Positions 15,926 to 22,347 of a stretch of 32,000 nt of DNA are shown here, piece by piece. The notes beneath the pieces were generated by a model that was not told the origin of the DNA, ran no database searches, and saw only the letters and a list, made by a program, of their open reading frames with translations. Origin of the DNA: Nostoc punctiforme PCC 73102 (GTDB taxonomy: Bacteria; Cyanobacteriota; Cyanobacteriia; Cyanobacteriales; Nostocaceae); assembly GCF_000020025.1 (NCBI RefSeq), contig NC_010628.1, positions 1,380,001-1,412,000 on the forward strand, given 5' to 3'. The first letter of the stretch is position 1; each line of letters begins with the position of its first letter. Both the position numbers and the translations under genes were made by a program.

Positions 15926-18445
15926 CTAATTCGTAGGGGGAATAATTGAAGTTGAGATTATTTCTCTGACATGAACTGCGGAATCTTGTTGTAATGCTGA
16001 TGCCGCGATCGCTTCACTCTCAACTATACTTAATCGAGCGATCGCTTGTTTCACTCCAGGTATACTTTGAGGGTTGACGCTCAACTCATCCAGCCCTAAA
16101 CCTAATAAAATTGGTGTTGCTAAAGTATCTGCTGCCAATTCTCCACATAATCCTACCGAAATTCCGGCAGCATGAGCAGCTTGGATAGTTTGCTGCACCA
16201 TTCGCAACACGGCTGGATGTAGCGCATCAACTAAATTTGCCACGCGGGGATTAGTGCGATCGCTAGCCATGACGTACTGACTCAGATCGTTAGTCCCTAT
16301 ACTAAAGAAGTCTACTTCAGCTGCTAATTGATCTGCGATCGCAACTGCTGACGGAACCTCCACCATAATCCCTACTTTCATCGCGGCATCAAAGGGGATA
16401 CCAGCTTGATTTAATTCAGCCTGCACTTCACCCAAAATTACCTTAGCTGCACGTACCTCCGTCACAGTGGCAATCATCGGCAACATAATTTTAATTTGGT
16501 GTCCTACACTGGCTCTTAAAATTGCCCGTAACTGAGTTTTAAATAAATCCAAATGATCTAAACAGAAACGAATTCCCCGCCAACCTAAGAAAGGGTTTGC
16601 TTCTGGAAACCCGACTCTCAGATAAGGAAGTGGCTTATCACCACCGACATCTAAAGTACGAATAATTAGCGGACGATTATCTAAAACTTGGGCGATCGCC
16701 TGATACACTTCAAGTTGTTCTTCTTCTGTAGGGGCACTTGTCCGATCGAGATAGAGAAACTCTGTGCGGAGTAATCCCACTCCTTCTGCACCGCTAGCCA
16801 CAGCAACTTGGACATCATTTATACTACCAATATTTGCGAAAACGCTAACTTGCCGACCATCAAGAGTAATTGCTGGCTGATGTGCTGTAGCTCGTGCTTC
16901 CTCCTGGGCAGTTTGCCAAGCCTCTCGCTTTGCCTCCAGTAAATCCAGGATATGTGATTCTGGTTCTACCCAAGCTTTGCCACTTTCACCATCAAGCGCC
17001 ATGAGTGTACCATCTGCCAAATGCAACACCTGGGAATCCACTCCCAAAACTGCGGGAATACCCAATGTTCGGGCGATGATGGCGCTGTGGGAGGTGGCGC
17101 TACCAGAAGTTGTACAAATACCCAACACCATTCTCGGATCTAGTCTAGCGGTATCTGAGGGGGTTAAATCAGTTGCCACTAAAATTGCCGGTTCCGAAAG
17201 ATGCAAGTTAGCAGGGGCATTCCCAGCTAGTAATCGCAGTACCCTTTGTCCTACGTCTACAACATCCTCAACTCGCTCTTGCAGATAAGCATCTTCAAGT
17301 GTTCGGTAAGAAGTCGCTACTTCATCTACGACGGCTTGCCAAGCTGCTTCAGCATTTATATAGTGATCTAAAATACGCTGATGAGCTGCTTCCAACAATA
17401 CTGGATCTTCTAAAAATAGTAATTGAGCATCAAAGATGGCGGCTTCAGTGTCACCAATTTGCAGAGATGCTTGGGAAAAAACTGCTTGAATTTCTTGTTT
17501 GGCGGTGTGAATTGCTGCTTGTACTCTTTGCCACTCTGATTCAGGATTGTCTACATGATATTCCGTAATCGTAATGTGAGTGGGTTGATAATTAACCACA
17601 GGTGCGATCGCTACTCCCGCAGAAGCGGCAATTCCCGAAAGTTCGCCGTGAGTTGCTGGGGTAACTTCGTGGTGAAATACTGGTGGAGAATTCAAGACAA
17701 CATTATCCTCACCAAAATTATTGGCGAATAACGCTTGTAATGCCGCCAGCGCTTCATCTGCATCCGAACCGGTGGCAGTAATTACTAGTTCGTGTCCTTG
17801 ACGCACTCCTAAAGTGGTGACTTGGTTAATACTGTCACCCCGAACTAGCCCAGTATTTCTAGTTAAATTCTGCACCAGAATTTGCGATTGAAACCGGGCT
17901 GATGTTCCCACAAACTGGGCTGCGGGACGGGCGTGTAATCCTAAGCGATTGCTGACAATTAGCCGGATTTCTTTGACGGGAAGTTCTGAATTTCTTACTT
18001 CGATATTGTCACTGACAACTGACAACGGACTTACACCCAATTGAGTTGCTTTTGCTAGGAGTGCGCCGCGTGCTTCCGCCATGACTTGGTGAATGTTTTT
18101 ACCAGCCGCCGCAGCTACCACAGCAGCTACTGCACCTTCTACTAGAGGTGCTTCACACAAATACACTTTTTGCTGCTGTGCTTCTGGCAAAAATTCGATC
18201 GCCATTTCTGCACTTAGCAAAGCACTACCCAAATCCATCAATACCAAAACACCATCATCAGAGAAAACAGAAGCGATCGCTTCATAAACCTGAATCGGAT
18301 CTGTACCCAATGGATTTTCAGGATCTTCAATACCTGCTGCAACAGCGATGGAAACTTGGCCCCGAACCATTTGCGCGGCGAGTTCCCGCACACCTAGAGC
18401 TAATTGTTTACTGTGAGAGACGATAACAATTGCGATCGCTGCCAT
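15926..18445 (-). CDS. Tri-domain PTS phosphorelay fusion: EIIA(Man/Dha)-like DhaM domain + HPr domain + full-length Enzyme I (PEP--protein phosphotransferase)
   Basis: 839 aa. Residues 1-125 are DhaM/EIIA-Man-like (IVIVSHS, His11). Residues ~158-243 are HPr-like (NRLGLHARPAA, His171). Residues ~265-839 are EI: CTTSGSATSHSAIIARTLGIPAV (His453), LLRTEFLY, IGTNDLSQY, GLCGELA. Confidence 0.88.
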   Translation of the reverse strand: MAAIAIVIVSHSKQLALGVRELAAQMVRGQVSIAVAAGIEDPENPLGTDPIQVYEAIASVFSDDGVLVLMDLGSALLSAEMAIEFLPEAQQQKVYLCEAPLVEGAVAAVVAAAAGKNIHQVMAEARGALLAKATQLGVSPLSVVSDNIEVRNSELPVKEIRLIVSNRLGLHARPAAQFVGTSARFQSQILVQNLTRNTGLVRGDSINQVTTLGVRQGHELVITATGSDADEALAALQALFANNFGEDNVVLNSPPVFHHEVTPATHGELSGIAASAGVAIAPVVNYQPTHITITEYHVDNPESEWQRVQAAIHTAKQEIQAVFSQASLQIGDTEAAIFDAQLLFLEDPVLLEAAHQRILDHYINAEAAWQAVVDEVATSYRTLEDAYLQERVEDVVDVGQRVLRLLAGNAPANLHLSEPAILVATDLTPSDTARLDPRMVLGICTTSGSATSHSAIIARTLGIPAVLGVDSQVLHLADGTLMALDGESGKAWVEPESHILDLLEAKREAWQTAQEEARATAHQPAITLDGRQVSVFANIGSINDVQVAVASGAEGVGLLRTEFLYLDRTSAPTEEEQLEVYQAIAQVLDNRPLIIRTLDVGGDKPLPYLRVGFPEANPFLGWRGIRFCLDHLDLFKTQLRAILRASVGHQIKIMLPMIATVTEVRAAKVILGEVQAELNQAGIPFDAAMKVGIMVEVPSAVAIADQLAAEVDFFSIGTNDLSQYVMASDRTNPRVANLVDALHPAVLRMVQQTIQAAHAAGISVGLCGELAADTLATPILLGLGLDELSVNPQSIPGVKQAIARLSIVESEAIAASALQQDSAVHVREIISTSIIPPTN

Positions 18446-18533
18446 ACCGCCAAACTTGTTAAGAGGTTTGCGTTTAGCTCGTTATCCATGACAATTTCCC
18501 ATTCCGCACCGCTAAAAACAGCGTTTATCCCGA

Positions 18534-19730
18534 TCACAATTGCAAGTCCCCGAAGATATTCCGGTCTTTCCAGCTAGAAATACGAATAAAATAGCCTTCT
18601 TCTACAGAAATACGTGGTATCCACTCATAAACACCATCGCTAGCGGTACGGGAAGAAATATTTTGGATAAGTTTGTTTCCATCGTACAGCTTAATCGAGA
18701 CATCGCTATCAAAATTATCTCGCCACAATATTAGATAGGGCTGATCCTTCTTGGGAAGTACTTTAGCAGTTAGCTGACCAATCAGGATTTTTGGTGCTAC
18801 CTGATTTTTAATTGTCTTACGGAATCCCAAATAATGAGGAAGATTTCGGAAGGCGGGATTTTCTTGCGGATTAGAAAGTTGGGGAACAATAATATTTCCG
18901 TTCTGGGAATTGAACAAATAAGTTGATCTGCCGCCATCAACAGTAATGATGTCGCCTTTAACTCCTAATTTACGTAATAAATCGGCTGCCTCATCCAGAG
19001 TTGCTTTGTTCACCGTCATAATCAACAATAACTCGTCACCTTTAACACCATCTTTGTCTAGAGTACCGATGACTTGATACTTATTTGCTTGGTTTTGAGC
19101 TAAGATTTTTGCTGGATGATCGCTGTATCGGTAAGTGACGATCGCATTTTTCACTCTATTTTGATTCAGAGGCACGCCGCTAACCTGGTTGTAATCGGTA
19201 ATGTATGCCTGCTTATTATCCCAGACTAGAGCTTTGAGGCGAATATTACTATAGTATTTATCTTTTGGTTGTTTGATTGGGCCATAAGGGCTATTGCCAC
19301 CACTGATGACTACACCATTTAATTTAATTGGAAAGGATAATTGAGTACTAGATTCGTATTGCTCAAAAAAAGAACAATTAATTATTGAAAAAACGTTATT
19401 TGAGTAAAGTTTCTTATATTCTTCTGCAACTTCAGAAAATAAATGTCTTTTGAAAAAAGGACTGTAATATTTACTTTCTCCCTGATAATATTTACCCTCA
19501 TTTATACCCATATTATCTACTTTTCCGATAATTTGGTCTATGTGTATTTTGCGGAGATCGATAACTTGTAAATAGGCTTCATTCCCATTGGGTAATTCTT
19601 TTTTATATAAAGCCGCTCCGTCTATAGCATGGAGAGGCTGATAAGAAGATAAAGGGTTGAAAGTTTGGGCAATCCAAAAGCTACTCAGAATTGGCAGCAA
19701 AAAAAACAATAAATTGATTACAACATTCAT
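18534..19730 (-). CDS. Secreted phosphodiester-glycosidase-like (DUF2233/NAGPA-like) protein with a C-terminal small beta domain
   Basis: 398 aa. N-terminal hydrophobic signal/anchor. SIINCSFF, LNGVVISGG, ELLLIMTV..ATLDEAADLLRKLGVKGDIITVDGGRSTYL resemble the DUF2233 pattern (from memory). The gene is markedly AT-rich. Confidence 0.5.
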   Translation of the reverse strand: MNVVINLLFFLLPILSSFWIAQTFNPLSSYQPLHAIDGAALYKKELPNGNEAYLQVIDLRKIHIDQIIGKVDNMGINEGKYYQGESKYYSPFFKRHLFSEVAEEYKKLYSNNVFSIINCSFFEQYESSTQLSFPIKLNGVVISGGNSPYGPIKQPKDKYYSNIRLKALVWDNKQAYITDYNQVSGVPLNQNRVKNAIVTYRYSDHPAKILAQNQANKYQVIGTLDKDGVKGDELLLIMTVNKATLDEAADLLRKLGVKGDIITVDGGRSTYLFNSQNGNIIVPQLSNPQENPAFRNLPHYLGFRKTIKNQVAPKILIGQLTAKVLPKKDQPYLILWRDNFDSDVSIKLYDGNKLIQNISSRTASDGVYEWIPRISVEEGYFIRISSWKDRNIFGDLQL

Positions 19731-19783
19731 GATTATTTAATTGATTTATAGCAATTCTAAATCATTCGTTAAAAATTAAAATT

Positions 19784-19816
19784 ATATCCCCGACTTCTTC
19801 AAGAAGTCGGGGATAT
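19784..19816 (-). terminator. 33-nt perfect palindrome / hairpin, likely a terminator for leftward transcription
   Basis: ATATCCCCGACTTCTT-C-AAGAAGTCGGGGATAT. On the minus strand it is followed by a T-rich tract (TAATTTTAATTTTT). On the plus strand no T-run follows. Confidence 0.6.
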
Positions 19817-19951
19817 GGAGATCATTTATGATTGCTATGGGACTTATACATTGACAGTAAAAACCAAGTATAGATGATTTGAAAAACCAGATCCATCAGG
19901 GATATTAACCGAACTGTATTTTAAATGCTTTTGCGATCGCTCTCAAAATCT

Positions 19952-20190
19952 CAACGTTGAGCCTCTGAACTCGAAACTTCGACCTTTTTGCTCGAACGTT
20001 GAGCCTTTTAACTCGGAACTCCGACCTTTTTGCTCGAACGTTGAGCCTTTTAACTCGGAACTCCGACCTTTTTGCTCGAACGTTAAGCCTTTTAACTCGG
20101 AACTTCGACCTTTTTGCTTGAACGTTGAGCCTTTTAACTCGGAACTCCGACCTTTTTGCTCGAACGTTCAAACTTTGAGCTTTAAACTTG
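19952..20190. repeat. 42-bp tandem repeat array, 5 full copies plus one degenerate partial copy
   Basis: Units start at 19952, 19994, 20036, 20078 and 20120, with a partial unit at 20162. Consensus: gaacgttgagccttttaactcggaactccgacctttttgctc. Units 2, 3 and 5 are identical, unit 4 has 3 changes and unit 1 has 5. Confidence 0.92.
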
Positions 20191-20206
20191 CACTTTAACA
20201 GTGCAA
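20188..20206 (-). terminator. Short hairpin 16 nt downstream of the 157-aa gene stop
   Basis: TTGCACT (20188-20194) / AGTGCAA (20200-20206), 5-nt loop. Only a weak T tract follows on the minus strand. Confidence 0.35.
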
Positions 20207-20221
20207 TTGATAAATTATTTC

Positions 20222-20695
20222 CTACGGTGCTACCTGTTGAGACTTGACTTTCCGATTTTTACGAGAAAACCGTTGCCCCATTTCTTCAACCATCGTATCT
20301 AAACCTGTGCCCTGACCACTGACTTTAGCATAGTTATATACTTGCAAAGCGGCTGCATAAGCTTCGCTGCCTACTGCCAAGGATGTATCATCTACCAAAT
20401 CTTGCAATTGTGTCAACGAGAGCAATAGTGGATACAACGCTTCAAATAACTGCACATCTTTCCGCATTTCATCTATGTCAAACGATCGCGGTAAGAACGC
20501 TGGGTTTTGCGTCGCCACTTCTAATGCTTTGCTTACAAACGCCCGACTTTTATCTCCCATCTTAGGTAAAGCTTTTCGGTCATCTGCACTCAAATCAACT
20601 AAAAATGGTAAGTTTTCTTTAATCGTAGCGATCGCTTGGAACACGGCATCTCTCTGTGTTTGTGCCAGTGTTGCACTAATTGAAGTCGTAGACAT
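20222..20695 (-). CDS. Conserved hypothetical protein (function unknown)
   Basis: 157 aa. The pattern ...FLVDLSADDRKALPKMGDKSRAFVSKALEVATQNPAFLP...GSEAYAAALQVYNYAK resembles an uncharacterised family I recall from Bacteroidetes and cyanobacteria. Confidence 0.6.
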   Translation of the reverse strand: MSTTSISATLAQTQRDAVFQAIATIKENLPFLVDLSADDRKALPKMGDKSRAFVSKALEVATQNPAFLPRSFDIDEMRKDVQLFEALYPLLLSLTQLQDLVDDTSLAVGSEAYAAALQVYNYAKVSGQGTGLDTMVEEMGQRFSRKNRKVKSQQVAP

Positions 20696-20810
20696 AAGAA
20701 TAACTCTCCAGTATGTTTCTTTAATCTAGAGTGCCCAGATATACAAATTAAATTTCAATATGGTATTTCTATCTTGTCCGAACCGCGCGATCGCATAGTA
20801 TATTTATCAA

Positions 20811-20854
20811 ACAGAATTCAGGAGTCAGGAGTCAGAATCCAGAATGAATTCTGT
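20811..20854. repeat. Hairpin built on AGGAGTC heptamers (STRR-like)
   Basis: ACAGAATTC (20811-20819) / GAATTCTGT (20846-20854) flank aggagtcaggagtcagaatccagaat. The same CAGAATTCAGGAGTCAG arm recurs at 25893-25909. Confidence 0.55.
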
Positions 20855-20894
20855 ATGACTGGCGGATGGTTTTGTAATACTAGTGGTATAAGAG

Positions 20895-22073
20895 ATGATG
20901 GCTCAATTCGAATACAGCACTCTCGCCCATCCACAGGATATCCAGCAGTTGGAACATATCCTTGAACAGTGTTTCATCAGCGCCCTTGGTGGTGAGGAAG
21001 CTTACATCAACATGATTGGCGTAGAAAATTTCCGTATTATTCGGAGATTAGAGCAAGTAGCTGGTGGATTAGCAACTCTCGACATGGGTCAGTGGTGGGG
21101 TGGTCAACGTGTACCAATGACAGGAATTGCCGTAGTGGGCATTGCTCCAGAATATCGGGGTTCGGGGGCTGCGATCGCTCTTATGCAGCACACTCTCAAA
21201 GAACTTTACGATAGAGGTATAGCAATCTCCGCTCTTTATCCAGCTGTTCAAAGCTTGTATCGAAAAGTAGGTTATGAGCAGGGGGGTAGCTGGTGTATTT
21301 GGGAGATTGCTACCCAGAATATCCAAGTACGGGAGCAACCCCTACCTTTGGAATTAGTAGCAAGCATCAATCATGAAGTCTTTCATGAGCTATATCAGCA
21401 GCAGGCGAGACAAACGCATGGATATTTAGACCGACATCCAGCAATTTGGGAACGAATAATTCAACCAAATGATAAGGAAATAGTCTATACCTATTTGATT
21501 GGTACTAAAGACCAGCCCCAAGGCTACATCATTTTTACTCAAGAGCGAACAAATAATGGTGAAATCCTCTTTGTAAAAGATTGGGTACTGACTACAGTTG
21601 CTGCTGCACAAACTTTCTGGTCTTTTCTAGCAAGTCATCGCTCTCAAATTCAACAGGTGCGATGGAAGAGTTCTGCAATTGATTCTCTGACATTGCTGCT
21701 ACCAGAGCAAACTGCCAAGATTCAGACTACGAGTCGTTGGTTGCTGCGGATAATAGATGTCGTTAAGGCGCTGGAATTGCGTGGTTATCCACCGGGAATC
21801 CAAGCCGAATTGCACTTAGAAATTCAAGATAATTTGCTAACTGAAAATAATGGTAAATTTATTCTTTCTGTTGCTAACGGACGTGGAGAAGTTACAAAAG
21901 GTGGAAAGGGTGAATTGCAGCTAGATATCCGGGAATTAGCGCCATTATATACAAGCTTGTTTACCCCCTACCATTTGCAAATAGCGGGAAAACTGAATGG
22001 TACAGAAACGGCTATTTTAACAGCTACGCAAATATTTGCAGGTGCTTCGCCTTGGATGGCTGATTTCTTTTAA
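20895..22073 (+). CDS. Eis-like GNAT acetyltransferase with C-terminal SCP2-like domain
   Basis: 392 aa. GNAT motif VGIAPEYRGSGAAIALMQHTL. The size and three-part architecture (GNAT, central GNAT-like, C-terminal domain) are typical of Eis/UPF0256 proteins. Confidence 0.75.
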   Translation: MMAQFEYSTLAHPQDIQQLEHILEQCFISALGGEEAYINMIGVENFRIIRRLEQVAGGLATLDMGQWWGGQRVPMTGIAVVGIAPEYRGSGAAIALMQHTLKELYDRGIAISALYPAVQSLYRKVGYEQGGSWCIWEIATQNIQVREQPLPLELVASINHEVFHELYQQQARQTHGYLDRHPAIWERIIQPNDKEIVYTYLIGTKDQPQGYIIFTQERTNNGEILFVKDWVLTTVAAAQTFWSFLASHRSQIQQVRWKSSAIDSLTLLLPEQTAKIQTTSRWLLRIIDVVKALELRGYPPGIQAELHLEIQDNLLTENNGKFILSVANGRGEVTKGGKGELQLDIRELAPLYTSLFTPYHLQIAGKLNGTETAILTATQIFAGASPWMADFF

Positions 22074-22075
22074 AG

Positions 22076-22110
22076 AATTGGGAATTGGGAATCGGGCATT
22101 GGGCAATACA
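22076..22110. repeat. AATTGGG/CATTGGG heptamer repeat (complement of the CCCAATT/CCCCAAT STRR)
   Basis: gaattgggaattgggaatcgggcattgggcaatac begins 3 nt after the stop codon at 22073. Confidence 0.7.
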
Positions 22111-22201
22111 GTTCAGTTAAGCATTTCTTTATTCTCTCAGTGCTCTCTGCGTCTCTGTGGTTAGTAAAAAATTGACTTTGGTAAGAGTTACTTACTTAAA
22201 C

Positions 22202-22227
22202 AGACAAGGGGCTTAAGCCCTTTGTCT
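22202..22227. terminator. Hairpin between convergent genes (possible bidirectional terminator)
   Basis: AGACAAGGGGC (22202-22212) / GCCCTTTGTCT (22217-22227), 10 of 11 bp paired, TTAA loop, A/T-rich flanks. Confidence 0.5.
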
Positions 22228-22347
22228 TAAACCCCTTGTTAAAAGTAGTTTTCGTTGGTGTTGAATTTCGTTCCTCAATCCAACCTAAACCTATTAAAAA
22301 GAAAGGTTTATGATTTTTCTTTGATTAAGGTAATAGAAAATGGCTAG

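Noticed and set aside
16977-18426. Plus-strand ORFs 16977-17288, 17299-17568, 18093-18287 and 18148-18426.
   Set aside because: They lie entirely antisense within the strongly supported 839-aa PTS fusion CDS and have low-complexity, motif-free translations.
19905-20171. 88-aa ORF (MNVRAKRSEFRVKRLNV...) on the minus strand.
   Set aside because: It is the open frame of the 42-bp tandem repeat (14-aa period). It has a TTG start, an extremely basic low-complexity sequence and no independent coding evidence.
19952-20190. Possible CRISPR array.
   Set aside because: The units are directly contiguous with no unique spacers. The 42-bp period equals the repeat itself, and no cas genes are present in the window.
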